DNA of 61,165 bases, filler included, from 4 parts of 4 records of this genome joined end to end with filler, not necessarily neighbours in it, one strand, 5' to 3'; numbered from the whole stretch's first letter, positions 49,126 through 60,310 are shown. Numbers and translations: made by a program. The notes: a model not told the origin generated them from the sequence alone.

Positions 49126-49278
49126 AAGCCGAGGCTAGCCCATTGGCGCCGCGACAACCACGACCCAGGTCAATGAACCCGCCATTCGCCCCGTCGCGGC
49201 CTCTTCGGATTGCTGGTAGAATTCGCGCTTTTCCGCGCCGCGCCCGCAGGGCCTGCCCGAGCAACCCAACGGCGGTGA

Positions 49279-49980
<702 letters not shown>

Positions 49981-50080
49981 NNNNNNNNNNNNNNNNNNNN
50001 NNNNNNNNNNNNNNNNNNNNNNNNTTAATTAATTAANNNNNNNNNNNNNNNNNNNNNNNNNNNNNNNNNNNNNNNNNNNN
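49981..50080. other. Artificial contig spacer
   Basis: 100 bp N/TTAATTAATTAA/N. Confidence 0.98.
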
Positions 50081-50467
50081 GGCATAGAACATCTCGTCCT
50101 TGGCGGCGTCGAATACCACGCCTGCAACGATCTCACCCTTGTGTTCCAAGGCGATGGACACCGCCCAATGGGGCATCCCGTGCAGGAAGTTGGTGGTTCC
50201 GTCCAGCGGATCGACGATCCAGCGGCGGGTGGGGTCGGTGCCTGCGGTTTCGCCGGTTTCCTCGCCCAACCAGCCATAGTTGGGGCGCGCACCGATCAGT
50301 TCTTCGCGCAGGATCTCCTCGGCGGCCATGTCTGCTTTGGATACGAAGTCGCCAGGCCCCTTGGACCCGACCTGAAGGTTCTCGACCTCGCGGAAATCCT
50401 TCACAAGGCTGCGGCCTGCCTTGCGGGCGGCCTTGATCATGATGTTGAGATTTGCGCTGCCCTGCAT
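50081..50467 (-). CDS. suhB: Inositol monophosphatase family protein (3' truncated)
   Basis: MQGSANLNIMIKAARKAGR, WIVDPLDGTTNF. Confidence 0.92.
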
Positions 50468-50561
50468 GGCGTGTTCCTCGGCTAGACGAAAGCGGCGTAT
50501 ACCCCTAGTCCGCGCCAAAGGAAAGTTGAGAAGCGCAGTTTTTCAGCCGCGCCAAAGCGGG

Positions 50562-50586
50562 CACGCCCCGGACAGGCCGGGGCGTG
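50562..50586 (-). terminator. GC-rich hairpin just downstream of the RTX-Hint gene
   Basis: CACGCCCCGG-N5-CCGGGGCGTG inverted repeat. Confidence 0.55.
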
Positions 50587-50592
50587 GTTTGA

Positions 50593-53500
50593 TCAGGCCA
50601 GGCCAGATGTTTCAGAGCATCCGTCCAAAACTGCTTTCTTCATGGCGCGTATGTCGCGTCCGAGCAGGTAGTCACGGGCGGGGGGGCCATAACGGTCGGC
50701 ACAGCCGTCCTCACCATAGGCCACATGTGCCAGTTCCGGGAACAGGGTCAACAGCTCTGCCATCGCCGCGCGGTCGATGGATTTCAGCGCCTGCGGACCG
50801 GGGTAGAACGCTTCGGTCAGGGCACCTTCCGCGAAAACGATCTCGTGCTGCTCGAACATGATGTGGACATAGGTCACGTCTTCGCAATCCTTGTCCAACC
50901 GCGCGATCTGCCCCCCAAAGAGGTCCGCCGCATGCTTGGCCCGGATCAGCCGTTCGCCGGTGTCGGTCTTCATGACGAACCCGTGCTGCGGTGACACGAT
51001 CATCTTGCGCGCATTGCCGAAGGCACCTTTGCGGATCACCACAGGTTTCAGGTTCGGGTTCTCAGCCAGCTCCTGCGCACCAAGAGTCCGGCGGCCCACC
51101 CAACGAACTGGCTGAAAGCCGTTATCGGCGGTCAGCACCATGTCACCGGGGCGAATATCCTCGACCGGGCGCTCGCCGTCGGCGGTGATGATCATCGCGC
51201 CGGGGGTGAAGCAGGGAATGCCGATTGCGAAAAGCTCGGGGATGGTGTCGACCTGGGTCGGGGCAACGCCTTCCAGCGTGATGCTTTCCCCACCCGGGAA
51301 GGTCAGGATCGCGTCGCCGCTGCCATCGCCATTGGTGTCGGTCACCACCACATCCCAGGCCGTCACTGGCGTGATGCCATCAGACGTCACACCAGAGACG
51401 TCAAGCTGATCGAACGTGTGTCCGTCGCCCCGGTCGCCCATGTCAAAGCCTGCGACCAGATCGCTGCCGCCGCCATCGCCAAGCAGCAGCGTGTCTTCTC
51501 CGCCACCCAGAATCAGGTTTTCGAATTCTTCGGCGTTGACCGTGTCCACACCGTCGGTGATCGTCACCTTTTCGGGGTTCACACTGCTCAGATCGATGGT
51601 TGTATCGACGGTCAGATTGCTCAGATCGAGCGTGTCGCCATCGGTCTCGGCGGTTTCGCCGCCATACAGATTGTCATTGCCGAAGAAGTCCTCGACGATC
51701 ACCGTATCGTCGCCGCCTTCGCCAAACACCTGATCGTCGCCGGTGCCACCATAGACAAGGTCGTCATCGGCCCCCGCGAAGATGGAATCGTCGCCGGACC
51801 CGCCGATCAGCGTATCGTCGAAGCTGTCACCGATGATGGTGTCATTGCCCGCGCCACCGTCAATGCTGTCGGCCCCGCCGGTGGCGAGGACATCATCACC
51901 ATCGAGGCTATCATTGCCGGCCCCGCCAAGGATCGTGTCAGCGCCGTCCTGGCCGAAGACCGTGTCATCGCCGAGCCCCGCCACGACCGAGTCGTCGCCC
52001 GCATCGGCCAGCACGCTGTCGTCGTTCGATCCGTCGGAATGGTCGTTGTTGTCGATGAAATCCAGTTCCGGGTCGCCGGTATAGCCGGCGTCAATGGTGT
52101 CGCTGCCGCTGGTGCCTTCGACGATGTAGTCGCGCCCATCGGGGATGCCGATCGCCACCAGTTCGGCGGCGCTGTCCACGTCGCCGGGGGCTACGCCGAT
52201 CAGGGTGATGGATTCGCCGCCCGGGAAGGTCAGAACCGCATTGCCGCTGCCATCGTCGGTCACGGTCACATCGGCCGTGGTCACCGGCGTGGTGCCGCCA
52301 TCAGAGGTCAGGCCCGATACATCGAGCTGATCATTGGTACTGCCATCGCCCGAATCCGTCAGGTCGAACGCCTGCACAAAGTCGGCGCCGGACCCGTCCG
52401 CCAGAATGATGGTATCGCGACCGCCACCCAGGACGATGTTCTCAATCTCGTTGAACTGCGCGGTGGACACCCCATCGGTAAAGGTTCCGATTTCGGGGTT
52501 CACGTTGCTCAGGTCGATTGTCAGGTCATCGGTGACAAGGCTCAGGTCAAGAACGTCGCCATTGACCTCGTCGACGCCCTCGGCCTCGATCGTGTCATTG
52601 CCGAAATCGTTCTCGACACGGATCGTGTCGTCGTTGAAGCCCGACCAGATATAGTCGTCGCCGGTGCCGCCCCACATCTCGTCATTGCCGACGCTGCCGC
52701 GCAGCCAGTCGTCGCCCGCGCCGCCGTGGATCGTGTCGTCACCGTCGTTGCCGCTGATCGAATCGTTGTCGTCGCCACCGTCGATGCTGTCCGCGCCAAG
52801 GCCGCCATCGATGGTGTCATCGCCTGCGTCACCGATCAGTGTGTCGTTGCCTTCGTCGCCGAACAGCGAGTCCGCCCCGGCGCCACCATCGAGCGAGTCG
52901 TTGCCTGTTGCGCCACGGATCGTATCGTCGCCCGCACCGCCCTCGACCGTGTCATTGCCAGTGTCCGCCTGGACGGAGTCATTGCCCGCCCCGGCCACGA
53001 CGGAATCGTCGCCGCCGCCCGCCTCGATCACATCATCGTTGGACCCGTCCGCCGCGTCGCCCGCGTCGACCATGTCGCCCTGCGGATCGCCGGTATAGCC
53101 CGCGTCGATGGTATCATTGCCGCCGCCGCCCTCGACCACGAAATTCAACCCCGACAGGGTGACGTCATCGTTGCTGTCGATATCGACCACCGGGATCGCC
53201 CCGGTGGCAGGGTTGACCGTGGTCATGTCGGCCTGTGTGATATCGGTGCGATCCCCGAGGCTGTCGTCGACGATCATGTAGTTCAGCGTGCCGCCCGCGC
53301 CGTCGCTGAGCGCGATGATATTGCCGCTGACCGGTTCGGTCAGGGCGCCGTCATTGCTGGTCAGGTCTGCGGTGTAGTCATGAAGGCCGGTGACCGTGTA
53401 AATCGTGCCGCCCAGATCGATTGTATCGCCCACAGCCAGGCTGCCGCTGCCTGCGGTGGTAAAGACCAGCGGTTCCTCGACAACGAACATCTCGCTGCCG

Positions 53501-56157
53501 GTTGTCAGTGTATCGGTGCTGGTCGGAACGAAGTCGATCAGGATCGCGTCATGGATCGTGGCGCTTGGCGGATAGGGGATGCCGATGGCATTCAGAACCG
53601 CCGGGTCCGACAGCTCTGCTGCGGTCAGGCCGATATCCAGGGTGACGCTGTCGCCGCCCGGGAAGGTCAGGATCGGTGTACCGCTGCCGTCGCCATTGGT
53701 GTCCGTCACCACCACGTCATTGGTATCGAGCGGGTTGCCCGCCCCGTCCGTCATGGCGGTCACATCGAGCGTGTCGATGCCCGTCCAGGTGCCATTGCCA
53801 TTGTCGGTCGGCGCGTCGAAATAGCCGATTACGTCATCGCCGAACCCGTCTTCCAGAACCACCACATCGGCATCGCCGTCGGGGCTGCTATTGCCAAGCT
53901 TGATCGTATCGTCACCGCTGCCGCCCTGCACGGTGTCGGCCCCGGCGCCGGTCGCAAGATCCACCCCGTCGGTGCTGGCACTGGCGTCGATGCTGTCTGC
54001 GCCCGATCCGGTCTCGATCACCTCGATTTCCGAGAAAGTGACGGTGTCGCCCGCCCCGGTGATCGTGCCCGCTTCCTCACCCGAAAAGCTGACCGTCAGA
54101 TCATCCGCAACACCGGTTGCGGAAATGGCATCCGCATCGCCTGCATTCTCGCCGCCAACGATCACGTCATCGCCGAAATTCGTATCCAGGATGAAGGCAT
54201 CAGAGCCGGTGCCACCCTCCATCGTATCCGCGCCGAGCCCGCCCGAGATGATGTCCGCCCCAGCGCCCGCAACGATGGAATCGTCATTTGTACCGGCGGC
54301 ATTGTCATTCGCATCGACCAGATCGCCCTCGGGATCACCAGTGTAGCCCGCGTTGATCGTGTCGTTGCCGCTTGTGCCCTCGACCACATAGTCGCGCCCG
54401 TCTGGAATGCCGATGGCCACCAGATCGTCGACCGTGGACAGATCCAGCGGATTGACACCCTGCAATGTAATGGCCTCGCCCCCGGGGAAGGTCAGGACCG
54501 CGTTGCCATAGGGGTCGCTGCCAACCGTCACATCGGCGGTGGTAACCGGGGTCGTGCCACCATCGGAGGTCAGGTTGCTCACATCCAGCTGATCGTTCGC
54601 CGTGCCGTCGCCGGAATCGGAGATGTCAAAGCCGCTGACGGCATCCAACCCGCCGCCATCGCCCAGGTGGACGGTGTCACGTCCGCCGCTGAGAATGATG
54701 TTCTCGATCTCGGAAAACTGCGTCGCACCACCGGAGGTTCCGGCCTCGAAAACTCTGCCCGCTTCCGGGTCGGCATCGGTCAGGTCCAGTTCCACACCCG
54801 AGGTGACCGCCGACATGTCCAGCACATCGCCATCGGTTTCACCGGTTTCGCCTCCGAGGATCGTGTCATTTCCGAACCCGTCAGACAGGATGATCGTGTC
54901 GTCGCCACTACCGGTGGTGATCTGGTCATCCCCGGTGCCGCCGTCGACGATGTCGTCGCCCGCACCACTGTTGATGGTGTCATCCCCGCCGTAGGCCAGA
55001 ATATAGTCATCGTCGCCCGTCGTGCCGTTGACCCCGATCGCGTCATTGGCGTCGACCATGTCGCCCTCGGCATCGCCGGTATAAGATCCGTCGATCATCT
55101 CACTCAGACCGCTGCCTTCGACAATGCCATCCAGCGGCGCATTCGCGACGGTCTGAATGTTGACGAAGCCGACATCGGTATTCCCCGAGGCGTTTTCGAC
55201 CGTGTAGGTAAAGACGGTTTCACCAAGGTCACCATCGGTGGCGACGGTCAGCGTGTAATCGTCGTTCAGCGTGACGACCTCGCCGGTGTTCAGCGTCACG
55301 CTGTCGCCGGGCACCACGGCCTGACCGTTGATCTCGGTGAGCCGCATCCCGTTGCCTTCGGTGTCGCGGTCGTTTTCCAGAACGTCGATGATGTTGACGC
55401 TATTGGCCTCCAGCGTCACGAAATCTTCGAAGGCCAGGGCGACGGTCTGGATGCTGTCCGCCGCGATCAGAACGTTGGTGTCGTAGGCGCTGTCGCCCCC
55501 ATCGGCGAGACCGATCTTGATTGTGTTGTTCACCCCCGGATTGACCTGCGCCTTGAACGACAGGGTAAGAGTGAAGCCATCCATCTCGGTGTTGAACGTG
55601 TCGGCCCCGGCCGGGTTATCGACATAGAGGTTCGAGTTCGAGGCGTTGTTGACCGTATCAATCGACACCGTGTCGCCAGAGCTGGTCAGCGGGACGAAAC
55701 TGCCGTTGACCCAGACGCCAAGCGTGTCGTTCACGCCGGAATTGACGTATTCCAGATACTCTTCGGACGAGAAGACGAACTGCATCGTGATGAAGTCGTC
55801 GTCGGGAATAAAGGTAGATTCAAAGACGACCGCGTCGAAGGTAGACGTCGAAGAGATCGCGTCGAGGTCCGCATCCCCCGCCCCGCCCTGATTGGTCGAT
55901 GTTCCTGCGCTTGTGTTCGTGTTGGTCCCGGCGCCTGCGGTGGTGAAATCGGTGGCATCCCCGGTTGACAGGATCACGCCGGAATCACTTGGGACAACGC
56001 CGCCCGACGTCGTCTCGCCGCCGGTGTAGGTGCCTGCCTGCGTCGCAGCGCCGGTCAGGGTGGCCGATACGACCTGAATACCTTCACCGAATATGGAATT
56101 TGCAATCGTGGTGGCGTCGGTCGTCGTGGTGACGTTCAGCTCCAATGCGTCAGGCAT
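50593..56157 (-). CDS. 1854-aa RTX/hemolysin-type Ca-binding repeat protein with C-terminal Hint (BIL-type) domain
   Basis: Many GGxGxD nonapeptides; N-terminal FSSEEYLEYV (choice-of-anchor-L-like) and cadherin-like region; Hint IP/CFTPG...VLTADNG...YVHIMFEQHEIVFAEGALTE. Confidence 0.9.
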   Translation of the reverse strand: MPDALELNVTTTTDATTIANSIFGEGIQVVSATLTGAATQAGTYTGGETTSGGVVPSDSGVILSTGDATDFTTAGAGTNTNTSAGTSTNQGGAGDADLDAISSTSTFDAVVFESTFIPDDDFITMQFVFSSEEYLEYVNSGVNDTLGVWVNGSFVPLTSSGDTVSIDTVNNASNSNLYVDNPAGADTFNTEMDGFTLTLSFKAQVNPGVNNTIKIGLADGGDSAYDTNVLIAADSIQTVALAFEDFVTLEANSVNIIDVLENDRDTEGNGMRLTEINGQAVVPGDSVTLNTGEVVTLNDDYTLTVATDGDLGETVFTYTVENASGNTDVGFVNIQTVANAPLDGIVEGSGLSEMIDGSYTGDAEGDMVDANDAIGVNGTTGDDDYILAYGGDDTINSGAGDDIVDGGTGDDQITTGSGDDTIILSDGFGNDTILGGETGETDGDVLDMSAVTSGVELDLTDADPEAGRVFEAGTSGGATQFSEIENIILSGGRDTVHLGDGGGLDAVSGFDISDSGDGTANDQLDVSNLTSDGGTTPVTTADVTVGSDPYGNAVLTFPGGEAITLQGVNPLDLSTVDDLVAIGIPDGRDYVVEGTSGNDTINAGYTGDPEGDLVDANDNAAGTNDDSIVAGAGADIISGGLGADTMEGGTGSDAFILDTNFGDDVIVGGENAGDADAISATGVADDLTVSFSGEEAGTITGAGDTVTFSEIEVIETGSGADSIDASASTDGVDLATGAGADTVQGGSGDDTIKLGNSSPDGDADVVVLEDGFGDDVIGYFDAPTDNGNGTWTGIDTLDVTAMTDGAGNPLDTNDVVVTDTNGDGSGTPILTFPGGDSVTLDIGLTAAELSDPAVLNAIGIPYPPSATIHDAILIDFVPTSTDTLTTGSEMFVVEEPLVFTTAGSGSLAVGDTIDLGGTIYTVTGLHDYTADLTSNDGALTEPVSGNIIALSDGAGGTLNYMIVDDSLGDRTDITQADMTTVNPATGAIPVVDIDSNDDVTLSGLNFVVEGGGGNDTIDAGYTGDPQGDMVDAGDAADGSNDDVIEAGGGDDSVVAGAGNDSVQADTGNDTVEGGAGDDTIRGATGNDSLDGGAGADSLFGDEGNDTLIGDAGDDTIDGGLGADSIDGGDDNDSISGNDGDDTIHGGAGDDWLRGSVGNDEMWGGTGDDYIWSGFNDDTIRVENDFGNDTIEAEGVDEVNGDVLDLSLVTDDLTIDLSNVNPEIGTFTDGVSTAQFNEIENIVLGGGRDTIILADGSGADFVQAFDLTDSGDGSTNDQLDVSGLTSDGGTTPVTTADVTVTDDGSGNAVLTFPGGESITLIGVAPGDVDSAAELVAIGIPDGRDYIVEGTSGSDTIDAGYTGDPELDFIDNNDHSDGSNDDSVLADAGDDSVVAGLGDDTVFGQDGADTILGGAGNDSLDGDDVLATGGADSIDGGAGNDTIIGDSFDDTLIGGSGDDSIFAGADDDLVYGGTGDDQVFGEGGDDTVIVEDFFGNDNLYGGETAETDGDTLDLSNLTVDTTIDLSSVNPEKVTITDGVDTVNAEEFENLILGGGEDTLLLGDGGGSDLVAGFDMGDRGDGHTFDQLDVSGVTSDGITPVTAWDVVVTDTNGDGSGDAILTFPGGESITLEGVAPTQVDTIPELFAIGIPCFTPGAMIITADGERPVEDIRPGDMVLTADNGFQPVRWVGRRTLGAQELAENPNLKPVVIRKGAFGNARKMIVSPQHGFVMKTDTGERLIRAKHAADLFGGQIARLDKDCEDVTYVHIMFEQHEIVFAEGALTEAFYPGPQALKSIDRAAMAELLTLFPELAHVAYGEDGCADRYGPPARDYLLGRDIRAMKKAVLDGCSETSGLA

Positions 56158-56443
56158 TCTTCACCCCTCCGCGAAAAGGGGACCGGCCTGCGCACCCGCC
56201 ATCCAAAGGATGACGCATACGAATGACAATCGGGGACTGCGCCCCTGACGATACTCGGTGTCCGACTTGCATTGCACTGCTCTCAAATTCTTTTTCTGAG
56301 GCTGTGCTAAAGCTTGAATGGGACGGATTTCAGGGAAGCCCCGGGCGTTTTCCGGCTAAGAAAGCGGCGATTGTTGGCGAGATGGGAACAATTTGCGGAA
56401 AGCTGCCGGTTTCCTGACACATCGCCGCCATTTTTGACCCGCG

Positions 56444-57352
56444 TCAGCCGCGTCGTTGCAGCTTTACAGGTTCTGTGCGGGCCAGTTTCAGTACATGCGC
56501 CATGAACGGTTTTGTCGTGTCCTCGCAGCGGGTTGCCCCGTACATGCGCCGGGTCATGCCGTTTTGGGTCAGCGGTCGGGTGACATAGCTCGCATTGTTT
56601 CTTTGTTCACGCACCACCCAGTCGGGCAGCACCGTCACCCCGCGATTAGACGCAACCAGCAACAGGATAACCGCCGACAGTTCCACCTGCCGCACCGCCC
56701 GAGGTTCCACCCCCGCAGGTTTCAGGAACTGGCTGAAGACATCCAGCCGGGTGCGTTCCATCGGGTAGGTGATCAGCAGCTCATCCTGAAAATCTTCGGG
56801 CACAATGAAGGGCTTTGCAGCCAAAGGATGCTCCGATGAGGCGACAAAGACGGGCTCATAGTCGAACAGCGGCGTGAAATCGACGCCCGACAGATCCTCG
56901 GGGTCGGACGAAATCACCAGATCCACCTCCTCCCGCATCAGCGCCGGCAGGGCCTCGAATTGCAGGCCGGGGCGGATATCCACGTCAACATCCGGCCATG
57001 CCACCCGGAACTGTTCCAGCACCGGCAGCAGCCATTCGAAACAGGCATGGCATTCAATCGCGATGTGCAGCCGCCCCGTCTTACCCTGCTGCATGGCGCG
57101 GAATTCTTCCTCCATAGCAGCCACTTGAGGCAAGACCTGTTCCGCAAGGCGCAGCATCCGCAAACCCGCAGGGCTCAACTTCATCGGCTTCGAACGGCGC
57201 ACGAACAATTCCATCCCGGCCTGATCCTCCAGCCCCTTGATCTGATGGGACAGCGCGCTTTGCGTGATGTGCAGCCGGTCAGCAGCTTTCGCCAGCCCCC
57301 CTTCGTCATGGATGGCCTTGATGGTACGCAGGTGGCGGAATTCAATGTGCAT
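56444..57352 (-). CDS. metR: LysR-family regulator MetR
   Basis: LHITQSALSHQ HTH, IECHACFEWL; divergent from metF. Confidence 0.93.
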   Translation of the reverse strand: MHIEFRHLRTIKAIHDEGGLAKAADRLHITQSALSHQIKGLEDQAGMELFVRRSKPMKLSPAGLRMLRLAEQVLPQVAAMEEEFRAMQQGKTGRLHIAIECHACFEWLLPVLEQFRVAWPDVDVDIRPGLQFEALPALMREEVDLVISSDPEDLSGVDFTPLFDYEPVFVASSEHPLAAKPFIVPEDFQDELLITYPMERTRLDVFSQFLKPAGVEPRAVRQVELSAVILLLVASNRGVTVLPDWVVREQRNNASYVTRPLTQNGMTRRMYGATRCEDTTKPFMAHVLKLARTEPVKLQRRG

Positions 57353-57382
57353 TAGTCAGGCTCATGTTCATGATGAATGTTA

Positions 57383-57395
57383 TGAGTTTGTCTCA
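57383..57395. promoter_or_regulatory. Probable MetR (LysR T-N11-A) operator
   Basis: TGAG-TTTGT-CTCA palindrome in the metR-metF intergenic region. Confidence 0.6.
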
Positions 57396-57448
57396 GCATT
57401 CTATCCATGTCACATCCGTGTGCAACAGCATCGAGGATGTATCACAAA

Positions 57449-58321
57449 ATGACCCTGCCGACCCCCAATGTGTCTTTCGAGTTCTTCCCCCCGCAATCGC
57501 TGGAAGCCTCTTTCCGCCTCTGGGACACGCTTGGCACCCTCGCCCCGCTGGCCCCCGAGTTTGTCTCGGTCACCTATGGCGCTGGCGGCACCACGCGCGA
57601 TCTGACCCATGACGCGGTGAAGACCATCCATGGTAATTATGGTGTGCCCGTGGCGGCCCACCTGACATGCGTTGACGCGACCCGCGAAGACACGCTTGCG
57701 ATCGCTGACAGCTACGCCAAGGCTGGTGTGTCCCGCATCGTTGCGCTGCGCGGCGATCCACCCAAGGGCGCGGATCAGTTTCAGCCCCACCCCGAAGGCT
57801 TTGCCTCGTCCATCGAACTGGTCGCGGCCCTTGCCAAAACCGGGAATTTCGACATTGCCGTCGGCGCCTATCCAGAGGCACATCCCGAGGCCGCAGATCT
57901 AAAAGCCTGTGTCGACTACCTCAAGCGCAAGGTGGATGCCGGCGCGACCACCGCAATCACCCAGTTCTTCTTCGAGTCCGACAGCTTCCTGCGCTTTCGC
58001 GATGCCTGCGCCGCTGCCGGGATCGGGGCGCGGATCATTCCCGGCATCCTGCCGGTGAACAACTGGACCCGCGTGCGCGGATTTGCCAGCCGCTGCCGCA
58101 CCGTGATCCCTGCGTGGCTGGACGACGCCTATGCTACCGCCATCCGCGACGGGCGCGAACAGTTGCTGTCCACTGCGCTTTGCACCGAACTGTGCACCGA
58201 ATTGCTGGAGGAGGGCGTGACAGACCTGCATTTCTACACGCTCAACAGCCCCGACCTGACCCGCGATGTCTGCGCCGCCTTGGGCGTCATGCCGCGCGTT
58301 ACCCTGGCAGAGGTTGCGTAA
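57449..58321 (+). CDS. metF: 5,10-methylenetetrahydrofolate reductase
   Basis: SFEFFPP, SVTYGAGG, AHLTC, ALRGD, TQFFF, HFYTLN. Confidence 0.96.
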   Translation: MTLPTPNVSFEFFPPQSLEASFRLWDTLGTLAPLAPEFVSVTYGAGGTTRDLTHDAVKTIHGNYGVPVAAHLTCVDATREDTLAIADSYAKAGVSRIVALRGDPPKGADQFQPHPEGFASSIELVAALAKTGNFDIAVGAYPEAHPEAADLKACVDYLKRKVDAGATTAITQFFFESDSFLRFRDACAAAGIGARIIPGILPVNNWTRVRGFASRCRTVIPAWLDDAYATAIRDGREQLLSTALCTELCTELLEEGVTDLHFYTLNSPDLTRDVCAALGVMPRVTLAEVA

Positions 58322-58450
58322 CGCCGCTGGTCTTCCGCTGGACCGGTTGAAAACGTTACGTCACCTCGCGCCGCCGCGTTCAGAGCAGGATTGCGGCGGC
58401 GCAAGCCAGGTGGGCATGCTGCCCGGAACCGTCTCTTGCCCGGACCGACC

Positions 58451-58939
58451 ATGCCAAACCCAATCTTTGCCACCTCTCCGGCGGATCTCGCCAACCGAGA
58501 CACGCTATTGTCCATGTCCGGGCTGGCCTTCATGGAGGCCATTCGCGATGGCAGACTTCCGAACCCGCCCATTGCCAGAACGCTCAACTATCATGTTGAT
58601 GCAGTTGAAGATGGCCGTGTGGTGTTTCGCGGAGCGCCCCTTTTTGATCACTGCAACCCGATGGGCACGGTTCATGGTGGCTGGTACGGCACGCTGCTGG
58701 ACAGTTGCATGGCCTGCGCGGTGATGACCAAGGTGCCGAAAGGTTCTGTCTACACGACCCTTGAATACAAGGTGAACATCACCCGGCCCATTCCTCTGGG
58801 CACCGAGATTGTGGCTGAAGGCATCGTCTCGCATTCCGGCAGGTCCACGGGCGTGGCCGAAGGGACCATTCGCGGGGTCGAGGATGGCAAGCTATATGCA
58901 ACAGGGTCTACCACATGCATCATTATGGCCACCCCCTGA
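58451..58939 (+). CDS. PaaI-family thioesterase
   Basis: NPMGTVHGGWYGTLLDS hotdog motif. Confidence 0.9.
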   Translation: MPNPIFATSPADLANRDTLLSMSGLAFMEAIRDGRLPNPPIARTLNYHVDAVEDGRVVFRGAPLFDHCNPMGTVHGGWYGTLLDSCMACAVMTKVPKGSVYTTLEYKVNITRPIPLGTEIVAEGIVSHSGRSTGVAEGTIRGVEDGKLYATGSTTCIIMATP

Positions 58940-58947
58940 CCCGACCC

Positions 58948-59047
58948 AAAAATCTTGCTACAAGATTTTTTCCACCTGACCCCAAAATCTTGAAACAAGA
59001 TTTTGGGCCTGCAAACTTACAAGAGTTTTGTATCAAAACTCTTGTAA
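58948..59047. repeat. Three tandem perfect inverted repeats with 3-nt loops
   Basis: AAAAATCTTG-cta-CAAGATTTTT; CCCAAAATCTTG-aaa-CAAGATTTTGGG; TTACAAGAGTTTTG-tat-CAAAACTCTTGTAA. Confidence 0.9.
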
Positions 59048-59122
59048 CGCGCCTGATTTCGTTGACTTCCCCGGGGCTTTGAGGCATGGCCGTTTCCTCA
59101 ACTCACCCCCAAGGAGATCGCC

Positions 59123-60310
59123 ATGATCACGCCGGTTCTACCCAGCTATTCCCGCGCCCCTCTCTCCTTCGTCAAAGGCGAAGGGGCCTGGCTTGTGGAA
59201 GCGGATGGCCGACGTTTTCTGGACCTCGGCGGCGGCATCGCGGTGACCGCTCTTGGTCATGCGCATCCGGCACTTGTGAAGGCGCTGACGGATCAGGCCA
59301 ATGCGCTCTGGCATACGTCGAACCTTTATAACGTGCCGCAACAGGAAGCGCTGGCCGAACGGCTGGTCGAGCATACCTTTGCCGACACCATGTTCTTCTG
59401 CAACTCCGGCACCGAGGCGGGCGAGCTTGCCGTAAAGATGGCGCGCAAATACTGGTACGAAAAGGGCCAGCCCGAGCGCACCACCGTCCTCACGTTCGAG
59501 GGGTCCTTCCACGGCCGGTCCATCGCGATGATTTCTGCTGCCGGGTCCGAAAAGCTGACCAAGGGCTTTGGCCCTTTGCTGCCCGGTTTCATCACCCTGC
59601 CCTTTGGCGATCACGATGCCCTTCGGGAAGCGGCCGCGCGGCCCGAGGTTGGCGCCATAATGATCGAACCGGTGCAGGGAGAGGGCGGCATCCGCCCGCT
59701 TCCCGATGCCTGCCTCAAGGGCCTTCGTGACCTGTGTGATGAACACGGACTGCTTTTGATCCTTGATGAAATCCAGTGTGGCATGGGCCGCACGGGCAAG
59801 CTCTTTGCCCATGAATGGGCGGGCATCAGCCCCGATATCATGATGGTTGCAAAGGGCATCGGCGGCGGCTTTCCCCTTGGCGCGCTGCTGGCGACCGAAG
59901 CGGCCGCCTGCGGCATGACACCCGGCACCCACGGGTCTACCTATGGCGGCAACCCGCTTGGCTGTGCCGTCGGCTGCGCCGTGATGGACGAGATCACCAG
60001 GGACGGTTTTCTTGACGACGTGAACCGCCGCGCCGCCCTTCTGCGCCAAAAGCTGGAGGGCCTTGTAGCCGCCCATCCCGACATTTTCGCGGGCGTTCGT
60101 GGCGAGGGTTTCATCCTCGGCCTCATGTGCAAGGTGCCCAATATGGACGTGGTGAAGGCCGGATATGACCAGCTTGTGCTGACCGTTCCGGGCGGTGACA
60201 ACGTCGTGCGCCTGCTGCCATCTCTCCTTCTTACAGAAGACGAAATCAGCGAAGCGATGACCCGGCTCGATGCAGCCGCCACGGCGCTGGAAGGTCAGTC
60301 CAATGCCTAA
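59123..60310 (+). CDS. argD: Acetylornithine aminotransferase
   Basis: FHGR, EPVQGEGG, DEIQCG, AKGIGGGFP, HGSTYGGNP; upstream of argF. Confidence 0.94.
   Translation: MITPVLPSYSRAPLSFVKGEGAWLVEADGRRFLDLGGGIAVTALGHAHPALVKALTDQANALWHTSNLYNVPQQEALAERLVEHTFADTMFFCNSGTEAGELAVKMARKYWYEKGQPERTTVLTFEGSFHGRSIAMISAAGSEKLTKGFGPLLPGFITLPFGDHDALREAAARPEVGAIMIEPVQGEGGIRPLPDACLKGLRDLCDEHGLLLILDEIQCGMGRTGKLFAHEWAGISPDIMMVAKGIGGGFPLGALLATEAAACGMTPGTHGSTYGGNPLGCAVGCAVMDEITRDGFLDDVNRRAALLRQKLEGLVAAHPDIFAGVRGEGFILGLMCKVPNMDVVKAGYDQLVLTVPGGDNVVRLLPSLLLTEDEISEAMTRLDAAATALEGQSNA

Noticed and set aside
51418-55968. 1516-aa plus-strand ORF
   Set aside because: Antisense shadow of the GC-rich repetitive RTX gene; no motifs
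58948-59047. CRISPR array
   Set aside because: Units not identical, spacers only ~10 bp, no cas genes
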